From Octopus bimaculoides (lineage: Eukaryota): 64,000 bases of DNA. This document shows, piece after piece, positions 12,148 through 25,329 of the stretch (position 1 is its first letter; each line of letters starts with the position of its first letter). The stretch lies in assembly GCF_001194135.2 (NCBI RefSeq), contig NC_068989.1, forward strand, positions 33,595,269 to 33,659,268, read 5' to 3'. A program made the position numbers and the translations under genes. The notes beneath the pieces are model-generated. The model had not been told where the DNA came from, made no database searches, and worked only from the letters and a program-made list of their open reading frames with translations.

Positions 12148-13570
12148 CTTTCCCCATACAAACACACACGCAGTCCTTCTCTGGAACTGCAATTCTCTTG
12201 AACATTGACCTACAAATCAAATCAAACATCAATTGCATCATTCTTACTTGTTTGGGAGGATTTGCAAAGGGCATAAATATTATCCTTTATTAACTTATTC
12301 ACCTTCTCTTATGCGACACATAAATAATCATATGCTTTACATAAAAGGTGGTACACAAACTCCTTAAACAAATTCCTTTTCTGGATTACAACACTTGAAT
12401 TCAAAATTTCTCATTGGCTGAACACATCACTAATTCCTCCTATACCTATTCTGATGAAACAATTCTCCATTCGGCCAGTTTGTTTTCAATGTTGGTCAGT
12501 ATTGTATATTAGTACACACCTCTTTCAATGGAAATCTGACAATATATTCTACAGAAACTTAAATTATTTATGGGAAGAACCACACTACATTATTAATTCT
12601 CACAGACAATTTTAAACATAAAAGAGTGTGGACCCTGTCAAAAAAGACTTTGTCAAACAAAATAGAATTTTTATTCTCTCTCACACAAACATACGAATGC
12701 ATATTTCACTTCACTGCAATAGAAAAATAATCCATATTGATTTCAATATTAAAAAAATTTCAAAAGCATAATAGAATTCAGAACGACTGAACTATTAATA
12801 TATTAGCAATACTTACACTCAGATCTCTAAAATGCTCATTATAATCAAGAGCATATCCAACAACAAACTCATCAGGGATTTCAAAGCCTGTAACTGTAAG
12901 ACATAATTACAAATAAATAAATAAAACATTTTGAGACAAAGATTTTTCATATGGATACTGTATACTACAGACAGGTAACCTGATGTAATGAAAACAAAAA
13001 ATGAGGAAGGGGATTAATCTTTGCAATTATCACTAATATAACAAAACATTAATGAAAATATAAACACTGAAAATAATATGATAGTATTTCATTTATAATT
13101 ATCTCTAACTAAATAACTAAAGAGAAATTTAATTTACTAAATCTCATAATTTACAAATATTTACAGTCCATGCACATTAGTCTGAAGCTAAGTATCAATT
13201 CAGAAACATAAACTTAGATTAATTGCTTGAATTTAAACAATCATCAAAAACTCTTTCCTATAAAATTTAGCATTTTTGAAAACTTAGGCCTATTGAATTA
13301 TTAAGTGCTATAAATTTGAAGTCAAAGTATCAGACAACTTCGAATGTTATCAAGTCAAGCCTCACTGGCCTTTTTGTTGACTGGTTCTAGATTTTAATTT
13401 AAAGTTAGAAGAGAAAAGTGAAAAAAAAAAAAAATTGTTTTTGTACTTTCCCCATACAAACACACATTACTTTCCCCATACAAACACACTCAGTCCTTCT
13501 TCTCCAGAACTACAATTTTCTTGAACATTGACCTATAATCAAATCAAATCAAACATCAATTGCATTATTA
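12148..13570. repeat. ~95-bp direct repeat pair (12148-12242, 13470-13570) plus a 25-bp partial copy (13446-13470), bracketing HPRT exon 7
   Basis: ctttccccatacaaacacac...cttgaacattgaccta...aatcaaatcaaacatcaattgca in both copies. Confidence 0.9.
12817..12893 (-). CDS. HPRT1: HPRT coding exon 7 ([26 protein letters not shown])
   Basis: cttacag/gtaagt, 77 nt as in human exon 8; [14 protein letters not shown] motif (human D193, R199). Confidence 0.98.
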
Positions 13571-14129
13571 TAATACTTGATTATAATTCCAAATTAAGAA
13601 CTGTTGGAAAATAAGGAATTGTAATATGCAGTTCCAAGAAAGTTTGAGGGATGTTAAATCTTTTTTATGTTGTACAAACTATATCTGTAGATTTTTAGTA
13701 AACACCTTGTCTTTTCTTGTAGACAATACCTTTGTGGACAGGAATGAGCAATCAATCAGACTAGTTTCAATCTTGGGTTAACATTTCATCAGTAACTGAG
13801 TCACCTCCTTAACAGGGCCACAGAAACAATTATAATAAGTACGCAATTACTAAGTGGCTTAAGTGACAACTGTTCAATTGATTAATTAACAACGTGTTAA
13901 CAGTGTTATGTTTCAATGCTATACTGTATTACAAGCTATAGCTAATAATTTTTTGCCAATACAATGTATAAACAGATACAAAGCACCTTATCTTTATACA
14001 TAATATCTTTTAAGATATTATATATAAAATCAAGGTGTTTACACTGACTATATATAATGTTTGGTCAAACATATATATATTTTGCAGCATAACATTAATT
14101 CAAAGTACTATTAATCCACTAGTAATTTG

Positions 14130-14410
14130 TTGCAGTACTGGGCTCACAATGAGTTTGATTCCCAGACTGGGCTGTGTGTTGTGTTCTTGAGCAAGACACG
14201 TTGCTCCAGTTCACTCAGCTGTAGAAATGAGTTGCTACTGGTACCAAACTGTATCGACCTTTGCCTTTCTCTTGAATAACATTGGTGGCATGGAGAGGGG
14301 AGGTTGGTATACATGGGTAAACAACCTTGCTTGGACTTGTGCCTTGGAGGGTAACTTTGTAGGTGCAATCCCATGGTTACTCATGACCGAAAGGAGTCTT
14401 CATCCTATCT
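14130..14410 (+). mobile_element. Second tRNA-SINE family (Nin/Deu-like central domain)
   Basis: B-box-like gagtttgattccc, cttgagcaagacac, cactcagctgtagaaatgagt. Confidence 0.6.
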
Positions 14411-14547
14411 CCCAAAAGAATTGTTGTGAAATTCCTTTATACACACTAAAATATTTTCCTATAAAGTATTTATTTATTCTTTCATTGTATAGCTATTAGT
14501 TTTAATTATCATCCTTAACTCATAAGTCTTGAACTTCATTATTAAAT

Positions 14548-14961
14548 ACTCTTTTACTCTTTTTACTTGTTTCAGTCATGTGACTGTGGCCATGCTGAAG
14601 CACCGCCTTTAGTCAAGCAAATCGACCCCAGGACTTATTCTTTGTAAGCCTAGTACTTGTTCTATCGGTCTCTTTTGCCAAACTGCTAAGTTACGGGGAT
14701 GTAAACACACTAGCATCAGTTGTCAAGCGATGTTGGGGGGACAAACACAGACACACAAACATATACACACACACATACATATATATATACATATATACGA
14801 CGGGATTCTTTCAGTTTCCGTCTACCAAATCCACTCACAAGGCTTTGGTTGGCCCGAGGCTATAGTAGAAGACACTTGCCCAAGGTGCCACGCAGTGGGA
14901 CTGAGCCTGGAACCATGTGGTTCGTAAGCAAGCTACTTACCACACAGTCACTCCTACGCCC
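14548..14961 (-). mobile_element. tRNA-derived SINE, near full length, sense to HPRT in intron 6
   Basis: Head ggcgtaggagtgactgtgtggtaagtagcttgc...ccttgggcaagtgtcttctac; internal CA/TA microsatellite. Confidence 0.9.
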
Positions 14962-15224
14962 ATAGTAAATATAATTTCAGACAAACAGTCTATTTTTCAA
15001 CATTATATCATTTTATAAATCTAATCAAACACATTCCTACTTATTTCAATTAACTGTGCTAAATCACGTTAATAGTCTTTTATAGTCTGAGCTCCTTCTC
15101 TTTCTAACTTGAAGTCAGGTTAGAAGAAAGAGAAGGAAAATCCAGAACTCATGAAGGTAAGAAAGTGATTTTTACTGACTATGAAAAAAATTCATTACAA
15201 AAGATAATGGAGTGAATTACTCAC

Positions 15225-15271
15225 AGTCAGGTTTATATCCACAATTGCGAGCACTTCGCTTCACCAACAAG
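15225..15271 (-). CDS. HPRT1: HPRT coding exon 6 (LLVKRSARNCGYKPD)
   Basis: cttcaag/gtgagt, 47 nt as in human exon 7; purine-binding Lys (human K165) retained. Confidence 0.97.
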
Positions 15272-16636
15272 CTTGAAGTATTAACACACACACAAAAAAA
15301 GAAAGAAAGAAAGAATTGCTATGATCAGTCATTTAACAACTTCAGAATAAAGAAATTAAAGTTTAAATTAAGTTATAATTTAAACAAAAGATTAAATAAA
15401 TAAATAAAAAATACGATGACGATGATGGAATAGAAGTGATATTGTTCAATGTTTTCATAGTAATAAAATTGGAAAAATGAAATCAATGGAAACAAGTGTA
15501 AATTGATGGCATCTTGACTGTCCATTTGTGAAAAGATTTATTGAACAGCTTTAAGTTGTTCAATAAATTTGTTGACGGGAACAGAAAAAGTTTATTAGAA
15601 TCTTTTTATTTCATTTGCAAAAGCTATCTATACTGAGCAAGCAATGTAATATTTCAGTTAGAATAAGTCATTCACAACTAGACAGACATAGGTATCATTG
15701 CTTTTGTTAGGAAGCTGGAGACCCAATGTCAAGGAAAGGTATATTATACAAGTATACAAGATGTTTTAAAGAAGAGATACCATTATCCAAATTCTCAAAG
15801 AAGACAAATAAATCTGTGATTAAAATGAACATAATGCACTATATTTGACCCTTGGTCAAAGCACAAATTCATTGAGTTCTAGTTTATTCGATTAACAACC
15901 GATTTGGGAACCTTAATATAGACACTTGAGTTGCTAAAAATAGCAGGCAAAGCACCCTAAAATCATTCCTTACTATTTTCAAGCAGGAAAGACACACTGA
16001 ACATACCGTATGGAAAAAGAAAAGAAAAAAAAAAAAGATAAAAGTCATAAAAATGTTTTTCATCAAAAGTTAGTTCAACCAGGGTGATCTAGGTATACAC
16101 AAAAGCTACTATTTTATTGTCAGCTGATTAGTGCAAATAAGTGCACTTAACTGTAAAAACAATTGCACCAGCAAAATGTAAAAGCATCCCAGTCTTTCTA
16201 GCTTAGAAAAATACAAGAGGGGATAGAATTTATGGGGTTTAGGTGAGAATAAACATCACCTGTTGTTTTATGTGCATTATATAAGTTTGCTACAAAAGGT
16301 TACGGGAAGTCATATTGAACCTGAACACTTATGGAGGCTATAGCTCTGAGTTTTGACATTACTTTTCTTACATTTGATAATGTTACAAGACACTACATTG
16401 TCAAATCACTGTTGGAGGATACTTTCACACTTGTATGTTTCATTAGAGCTATTGAAGTTGTGCGTTAACTGAATATATGCTGAAAATGAAAAAGGATTAG
16501 ATTGTAGCAATTCTAGTCTTCAGGTTCTGAGCTATGCATTTTTTAAAAATTAATATTTGGTATATGTTAAAACAGAAAGTTTTATGCAACATGTTAAGAA
16601 ATTAAGGAAACACAATAAAAAAACCCAATGAGTATA

Positions 16637-18040
16637 GCAATGAATTTGGTGTGCAGGTAGGAGTTCACCAAGGCTCAGTTCTAAGCCCCTATTGTTTATC
16701 TTAGTCCTCCAGGCCTTAAAAGAAGAATTCAAAACCAGCTGTCCCTGAGAGTTCCTCTATGCTAATGATCTTGTTCTTATTGCTGAATCACTACCTGACC
16801 TAGAGAAGAAATTTCAGGTGTGGTAACAAGGCCTGAAATCTAAGGGCCTTAGAGCTAAATTAGCAAAAACTGAAGTCCTAGTAAGTAGGAAAACAGACAA
16901 ATCACAAGTCCCTTCTGGGAGATGGCCCTGCTCGATATGTAAGAAGAGTGTTGGCAGAAACTCCATACATTGTACCCAGTGCAAGCTTTGGATGCATAAG
17001 AGGTGTAACAGTATCACAGGAAGATTAACAAAGAATATAGTCTTTGTGTGTGGCAAATGTGCAGGTACAAAAAGCACTAAAAATGCATAGATAACAGACT
17101 CCCTCAAATGCTCAAGGGAGATCATTAGAAGTAGTAGAGGAAGTTCTGAAAGTGTAGTTGCTAGCCAAAGTTCAGAGAGCTTCTACTTTTGTTGGTAACT
17201 GAGGGCCTCTCCCTTAGATTGAAAGGCAGATTGTAGGATGCATATGCACGTACAGCTATGTAACATGGCGGTGAAACATGGGCTTTAATTAGAGGACTTG
17301 TGAAGGTTTGAAAGAAATGAAGCTAGCATACCCTGCTGGATAGGTAATGTCAGTGTGCATGCACGACAGAGTGTAAATGATTTAAGAGGAAAACTGGGTA
17401 TATAAGAGGCATCAGATGTTGTGTGCAAGAGAGAAGACTGCACTTGCTTGATCATATGATGCATATGGATGAGGACAGCTGCATAAAGAAGTGCTGAGCT
17501 CTAATTGTGGAGGGCACCTGTAGAAGGGGTAGACCCAGGAAGACATGGGACGAAGTAGTGAGAAAGGATTTTTGGATGCCAGGCTTCACTGAGGAAATGA
17601 CAAGGGACCAGATGTAGGGATTTGCTGTACTTGATAGGATGTGTCAAGCTAAGTAAAATCACTGTCTTCCACACATACAGGCTTGTCCTTCAGGTGCTGG
17701 TGTCACTTAAAAAGCACCCATGCCAGTGCTGTGTAAACACACATGCAAGTGTTGTATAAATGCACCCATGCTGGTGCTGCATAAATGCACCCGCATTGGT
17801 GCTGCATAAACACACACGTGCTGGTGGGGTGTAAATGCACCCATACTGGTAAATGCACCTGTGCTGGTGCTGCGTAAATGCACCTGTGCTGGTGCTGCAT
17901 AAAACACCCATGCTGTTAAGTGGTTGGCATTAGGAAAGGCATCCAGCCACAGAAACCATGCCACAACAGACAATTGGAGTGTAGCCAGCTTGATGTCAAA
18001 CTGTCCAGCCCATGCCAACATATAAAGTGGATGTTAAACA

Positions 18041-18072
<32 letters not shown>
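16637..18072 (+). mobile_element. RTE LINE 3' half (RT C-terminus, 25-nt repeat array, terminal module, (GAT)n tail)
   Basis: VGVHQGSVLSPLLF, LYA(N)DL, GRWPCSIC..CTQCKLWMHKRC; decayed with stops. Confidence 0.9.
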
Positions 18073-19129
18073 ATCAGGCACATAAAGATTGAAGGCAAAG
18101 AGACAGAGTGTGAGAGTTATTGAGAAGCTTAAAGCATATGTAAAATGATAATCAACAATAGAAAGTCAATCGATGTAACAATAATTCTAGTAGAAATGCT
18201 TCCTTCAAGAAATTGTCTTTCCAACACAACCATTCACTTGGTAAGTAAGAATGAACATAACTATGGGGTAGGACAACTTGCATACACACAATGTGTACAT
18301 GCAAAATGGTTGAATTGGTGGGTTATTAAACTACTGTCTTGTATAGTGTCAGTTCCCATTTGCTGCTTGTGCCTCACTGACTTCAGACAGGATACTAAAA
18401 CCTATATATCAAAGTTTAACAAGTTGTATACTATAGCTACCAGGTCTTTTGAATGTTGCCTGTCATGCATCATTCAATCCAAGGAGGTTTATGCAGGAGT
18501 TAATTGTTGGCTTTATAAAACCTCTGTGATTTATCAATTTGTTAATAATTTTATTTTTTTAATAAGCATATAATGAAATTGGTGAACTCCCTAACTTTTA
18601 ACTACTCAACCACATGCTTTGATCACAAGTCTTCATTTTTAAATAAAATAAATGATGATTGTCTATTTATAGGTGATTCTGAACTATCTTTTAATGTTGA
18701 TTTCAAATATGTTTTCAGCTTTTGCCTATCACATACAAAATTTGCACTAAAGGCTGCCAAAGATATGATAATTTTTCTTGTCATTCATTCCTTTTGTAGC
18801 AGACTTTTAGACAAAAGTATGATGAAATTAAAAACAAATGACTAGAACAATAATAAAAAAAGATATGAATAGAATCTAGGCCTACATATTGACTAACATA
18901 TTTTTAATGCACTTACCATGGCTTTAAAGTAATTTTACTCCTTTTCAAACTTCCTTTACATTTCCTTCCAGCTTTTGGTAGTTGCTTGCAGTCTCTCTTT
19001 AGGGTCCAGCAGTAATCTGCCATCATGTTTACATTCCTCCCCCACCCTGGAACCTCGGCTCTATTTCTTTAATATCCTAGTGAAATCTCTCACTGTGCTC
19101 TTCACTTAGATTGCCAAGGTACTCCAGGA

Positions 19130-20700
19130 ACTAGTTGAGGTGTGAGAGAAGAAAGTTTTGAAATTCGTTTATGGATTTCTCATAATCTGAACCAACAAAT
19201 ATTCCTGCTTTAATTTTCTCACTGGTTATATTTGGGAATCTTTTTGAGAGATACTGCAAGCATGGTCCATCTGCAGCCAGAGATTTAATGAACTGTTTCA
19301 TCAAACTCAATTTGATGTGCAAAGGTGATAGCAATACTTTTGTAGGTTCAATCAAGGACTTATGAATGTTTTTGGATCCAGGTAACAAACTTCTTTGTGG
19401 CTAGTTTTTAACCATTCAGTGCTTTTCTTTAGCTCTGCTGTCCCATTCACTATAGATACAAGGCAATTTCGTGTAACCTGCCTGCTGGCCTAAAAGCATG
19501 CCTATAATTTTGAAATCTCTGCACACTTGTCAGTGGTATTCTGCATACTTTATATTTAACAAAAAAATTTTTATATGTCTCCTTTAATTGTACAGAATGT
19601 GTCACTGGAATGGATGAATACTTACTTCCACTGTGTATCAAGACAGCCTTCAAATGCTTTTTGGAGGAATCAATTTGTAGCCTCTGTTCTGAAGGATTGC
19701 TTTCAATCTCAAAATAGTTAAGCAGGTTTGGAATATTATAGCAACACATCAGATTCATCCTCAGCAAAGAATGGTAACAACTCGTGTTTCCTGTGAAGGC
19801 ATCAAGAGAAGGTTCCCAGTAACAAAAGGTTTTTCATTTTTAGCCTAGAACCAATTAGTTCCACTGCATCCTTTGGTAGGTTCAAATCTCTCACTAAATC
19901 AGTGAGCCCTTCCTGCAGACTTTTGATTTTGTCAGGAGGGCAGTCATCACCTTCTTCACATTTGTCTTCTTCATTACAATCTGATGTAACATTCTTCAAA
20001 GCAAATGGGGGGAGAGGAACTCGAATAATAACTCCATGTGCAATAGGCCATATAACCAAGGGAATACTATGTTTATTTTTTGCATCGACTTTACGTGGTT
20101 ACTTGGCTCTCACCATGCCATTGGTATTCCAAAGAGTATTTCATTTTTCTTACTGGCTTTCCAGAGTGTCAGCCCAAGGTTTGTTTTCATAACTGAGTTG
20201 AACACCAAAATAAGTGAAGTATAGACTTGTTACAAGATGAGTTATATTTTGTCTCTGCTTAATGACAACATATCTGCCACAAATGTAGCAGAATATGACT
20301 GGATTGTTCACGCACTTACATCTATATGTATATATTTTAAATGGAGTTTATAAGTAAATATCACAACTGATTTCTGGAACTACTAAAACAACACTAAAGC
20401 ATCAGTTAGCAATCATGTGCACAGCATTTCAAGGTCACATCATCTGTCAGAGTTGCCAACAACTGTTTGATTGGCTGCGATTTTACTTTTATTAATATGA
20501 GGTGAGCATTGGTTTAGAGCAATCTATTTTGTTGAACAAAATAAATCAGATACTCGCTGTCATCTGATTCTCTGATACCATAATACAGAAAAAAACACAA
20601 AGCTTTATTACAGAAAAACTAGACCTAATGGAGAAAAACTAATAACAGATCTGAAATCAGCATTAAAAATTACCCTAAAAAGTTATGTAGACATTTAAAC
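19130..20700 (-). mobile_element. Chapaev3 (CMC superfamily) DNA transposon remnant
   Basis: IDSSKKHLKAVLIH..YSSIPVTHSVQLKETY, LLSPLHIKLSLMKQFIKSL, KIKAGIFVG, DLVRDLNLPKD..ELIGSRLK..NLL; frameshifted. Confidence 0.8.
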
Positions 20701-20841
20701 ATCAAAAATCATGCAGATTTCATCATCATCATCATCATCGTGTAATCTATTCATTCTGGGATCAGTAGAATTGTTTTGGAAAAGGAAATTGAAATGATAA
20801 CTAAAATTTACAAAAGCATTTTTGAAAATAAAAATATTTAC

Positions 20842-20942
20842 CTGGCTACTTTAACACACTTTGGTTCATGCTTTGCAAGCAATTCCTTTAGTTTGATCAT
20901 AGTTCCTCCAGTATCTATAATATCTTCTACTACGAGAACACA
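20842..20942 (-). CDS. HPRT1: HPRT coding exon 5 (CVLVVEDIIDTGGTMIKLKELLAKHEPKCVKVAS), PRPP-binding motif
   Basis: ttggcag/gtaaat, 101 nt, equal to human exons 5 and 6 (18+83) fused. VEDIIDTG motif keeps the catalytic Asp (human D137), so this is HPRT rather than the PRTFDC1 type. Confidence 0.98.
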
Positions 20943-21689
20943 CTGCCAAATAGAGACTTAATAAACTACTGATGATCGTTAAAGTGTAAGAAATAGTTGA
21001 ATGACAAATATAGAAAGAAATAATAGCGATGAAACTGGAAATAAGGAAGACACATATATTGGATTTTATATCAAGCATATGTAATGCAAGCAGTTTCTTT
21101 AGAAAAATAAAAAATGCAAGGACAAATTCATCACCACCCTTCCAATGCTACATTTTCATCTTACAAAAGAAAGTTAATATTAATAGTCAACGACAGAAAA
21201 TGATGGGTTGAAGAAAATATTTCTTTATATCTGAAAATATATACAATAAAATATATCTAAAAATTTCTTTATTATTTCTCTCTTGTTCTCACAAATGGAA
21301 GAACCTCTGTCTATTGATCAATGAAAAGGTCCAAGAAAATCAAAACATGTCCATTGACGTAACTGTGACTGTTCAAAAGATGAGAATGTTCATTTTTATG
21401 TTAATTTAACATTAAACTGAATGAGATGCTTGTTGTTAGTGGTAGCAGCTTCCTGAACTTTTCCATCCTCTTTTTATCATGGCTACTATACTTTGGAGTA
21501 ACTATCTCTCCGGCTTATTATGTCTCCAAGAAAATAAAAGCTATCATCTAATACTAGTGAGTCATCAATGCATTTAAGAGAATCTATTTCGAGTGTGCTC
21601 ATAGTATATAGTGCATCCTTCCACTACACCTCTTGTGTGTCCATAGCTTATATTGAGTATAGTGTATGGAGTTTATGCCTACACTTTTT

Positions 21690-22690
21690 CTGCATATCAA
21701 GCAAGACCTTGAAGATACTACGGTCCTGTCTTCTTTCCTGCTTACTTTGCTAAGTTTACCTTAAGACCTCATGATTGTAGGTTTAGCTTCCATTTCCTTC
21801 TTTAATTCCACTAAAGATTCTGCTATGAAAACTTGATCATCAACATATAGGAGTTCCCATGGACAACCAATTTTAAACTTCTCTGTGATGGACTCTTATT
21901 TTCATGTTAATTTATCACTGAAAGTGTTGACTCTTACTTACTGCATCTTTGCACATTGCTTGTACAGCCCTCACAAGCCATTCACCTATGCCTAGTTTCT
22001 TTAGTGACCACCAAACTACTGAACATGGCAACATGTCAAGTACTTTCTCAAAGACAATGAATGCCAGGAATAGTGGTTTAATCTTATTTAGGTATTTCTC
22101 TTGCAGTCTCCTCACAAGGAAGATTGCACATGTGGTACTTATTTTGGGCACAAAGCCAAATGGCATCACACCTGAGTTTTATATCATGGGTTAATTTAGC
22201 TATGACTCTCTCCATGACTTTCATAATCTAATCCAGTAGTTTGATTCCTCTGTAGTTTCCTCTCGTTAAGGCATCTCCTTTGATTTTGTAGTAGTTTACA
22301 ACTATACTGCAATGTCTGTTATAGGACATGACACCTTATATAACTGGGTTAGCTATTAGCGTGTTAATTATGTAGGCTAACTCACCAAATATTTTGAACA
22401 TCTGTGCAAATATTCCAGATGGAGCCACAAGTTTCTCATACTTCACATCCTTAATTGCCTTATCTACCACATTGCTGTAAACTTGAACTGCTGGTCCCTC
22501 TGTATAGGCCTGCTTTATCCTAAAAATTCTTTATATTCAGCCAGCCTCTCCAAATAGCATTTCCATGTCATTTTCTTTTCTTCCAAATCCATGGTGAGCA
22601 TGCCAGCATCATTCTGAATATACTTCTCACCAATGATTTCTCAGTTATCTCTCCTACACTGTCTTGCACACCTTTGATTCTCATGTTACA
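21690..22690 (-). mobile_element. Decayed RTE LINE RT fragment
   Basis: FGFVPKISTTCAIFLVRRLQEKYL..LAFIVFEKVLD..WWSLKKLGIGEWLVRAVQAM. Confidence 0.9.
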
Positions 22691-22943
22691 GGACATTTGC
22701 AAATTTGTACCTTTTGCTTCATGCAATGTCAAGACAAGAAGAGACAAATATACATGTACTCACTATCACACACACATCTGTATGTATGTAACATACATGC
22801 ATGCATGAGAGTGAGTGTGTGATTTTGTGTCTCCTTTTTCTTGACAGTGCATCATAGTTGTAAATGAATGTCACTGTCATTCATTTCCAATATTCTGCTT
22901 TAAACATGTCTAACAATGGGGAAATAAATTTAACTTAAAATTA

Positions 22944-24462
22944 CTGTAAAAACCCATGTAATTTGTGCACCTGTGTAATTTATGCAGGTGATTTTCAAGA
23001 TAAAAATTGTTAAAAAAAGCTTCTACTCGTGTAAAATTCTCAACCAAAAGTTTCCAGAATTGCCAATATGGCCAGGGGAAAAAGGTTTTCAATTTAGTTG
23101 TATTTAGCATAATTTCACTTACTTATGATTAGATTTTATTAAATTTTCATTAAATAAAAATAATTTCTGTTTAACAGGTATCACATTGAAAGATATTAAA
23201 TTATGAGGTGTTTGTGTTGTTTATAATAAACATTATTCTATATTTCTTGCCCACAAGAGATTATGTCTGATCTTTAACATACTTCTGTATGTCTTCTCAA
23301 ATCACGATCACAAGAAAAGTGGTTGATAAGAATTATCAACAAAAACAAAGCTGATAAATATGCACAAGTCTTGCAAAATAAGTTTAATTACCAATAAACA
23401 TCAGCTTGGATGACACTGTACTCAACCAACACAGGAAGGTGACTGATCAAACTGATTATGTAAACAGAATTCTGATTGGTTGAAAGTGTCTTCTTGTCTC
23501 AAGCTCTGATTTTCTGCCTATTCTTGTCGGAACCTTTGATACAGAGTATTGAAATTTTAATCCCTTTCACACTTATAAAATGTCAAGCAAACTTAAAAAT
23601 TTGTCATTACTGTTTTAGCTGGAAGACCAAACTGATAGTTTGGTAACCAACCAAAATAAACAGCTATTGAACAAGAAAGGTGTGAAATTTAAGAAGCGAC
23701 TTGTTAGAATATACACTTCTATGAGGAAACATAAACAAGAATAGCAAAAATTGATGAAACAAAAAGAACTGGTAATACATATATTACAAGTGTTCTTTGA
23801 AGAGAATGTAAGATTGCTGCATAATTCAGTATGAATGTGAAATGACATTAAACATCATATAAGGTAAATGAAGGTTTCTGTAGGAACGCTAAGCCATATT
23901 CACTTAGTGAGTTTACATGCACAAGGATGAATTATGATGTTGTCGACGTTAGATGCAGTAAGACCTGATAGTGGCGATATCAGCAGTGAGAAGTTTCATT
24001 GTGCCGTAACGTAGAGAAAGCGAGCAAATAGCTTCCTGGTGCAAATGCAAGCTAGACTCCCTAAGAGGAGAAAAACTGATCTATTTAAGGAAATTGCTGG
24101 ACTCCATTCCTATGGGTAGAAACTACAAGCAATGTAAAATATGACTCGGACCTTGATTACCAGCATGAATGTCAAACTTCAAAAAGCAGTTAATCATTTA
24201 ATAGTTTTAATAAATTTATACAGTAAAAGTAAGTATTATACCACCCAGCATAAATAAAAGTCAACTTCATTATATTTTCTCTGTATTCTGACATTAAATG
24301 AGTCAACTTCCCATACAAATATTTACATTTGTATGTCATTTTCCAACAAAAAAAATTTCTAAAAAAATTCTGGAAATGATCTACTCATGTAATTTATGCA
24401 CCCGCTAAAGTTTATTTTTGTTTTTGCAATAAAAAGTACATAAATTACATGGGTTTTTACAG
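22944..24462. mobile_element. pogo/Tc1-type DNA transposon derivative, 1519 bp
   Basis: Perfect 21-bp TIR ctgtaaaaacccatgtaattt, TA duplication at both ends, subterminal tgtaatttatgca repeats; no recognisable intact transposase. Confidence 0.85.
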
Positions 24463-24733
24463 TATAAGACCTAATATCTTAGCTTTTAGTACCATCATTT
24501 CCTCCTTTATTTTCAGGAATATTTTCTTAGATCATTATTACTTGAAGTTCTAGGAGTCACTGATTGTTAAAATTCAGTGCACTGTCAAACTTCTATTAAC
24601 TTCTTATCTGTGACACATGAAAAAGTTTCCACTTTTCCAGACTTTAACTGGAAATAATTTTGATAAAAGAAATGAAAATAATTTTTTACATTCAAAGTTG
24701 TTTTCTGTAAAAAAGAAAAGATTCTCCACTTAC

Positions 24734-24799
24734 TTTGCCTTTTAAATTTTCCAGTCGGTCACCACCAATAACTTGAATGGAACCTTGAGATTTGTCATT
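24734..24799 (-). CDS. HPRT1: HPRT coding exon 4 (NDKSQGSIQVIGGDRLENLKGK)
   Basis: tttcag/gtaagt, 66 nt as in human exon 4 ([22 protein letters not shown]). Confidence 0.97.
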
Positions 24800-25015
24800 C
24801 TGAAAGAGATTGTGAAAAGTAAGCAAATTATTATTTCTTGAAGTAAAACTATAGAAATGTAGAGGATTCATGTAACCAGCAACATTCTGTACACTTAGAG
24901 TGTACTGGATGCTTTTTTTTCTTTTTTGTGGCATCAACACTAGTGAGATCATTGTATTAAGTCCAAGACTAAAGGGCACAAAGAGGCTTCTATGACTAAA
25001 AAAGAGTAAAAGACA

Positions 25016-25146
<131 letters not shown>

Positions 25147-25329
25147 TGATGATTCTGGGGGAGATGAGAGAGAGGCTAAAATTATAAGGGGAGCAAATGT
25201 ATAGTTGGGACAGCATCATAGCAGAGAGAGTAACGGAGAAGAAAGTGTATGGAAAGAAAAGGAGAAAGGAGTCGGTGATTAGTATCAGGTGTTAGTGAGA
25301 AAGAGAGGAATGAAGTGGTAGGATTGATT

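Noticed and set aside
17709-17915. CRISPR-like array of short palindromic repeats
   Set aside because: Units are contiguous with no unique spacers, lie in an RTE 3' UTR in a eukaryotic genome, and no cas genes are present.
18145-18845. Adjacent 142-aa and 90-aa ORFs, possibly hAT-derived
   Set aside because: No motif I can assign with confidence and no splice signals; needs a BLASTx. Same for 11587-11847.
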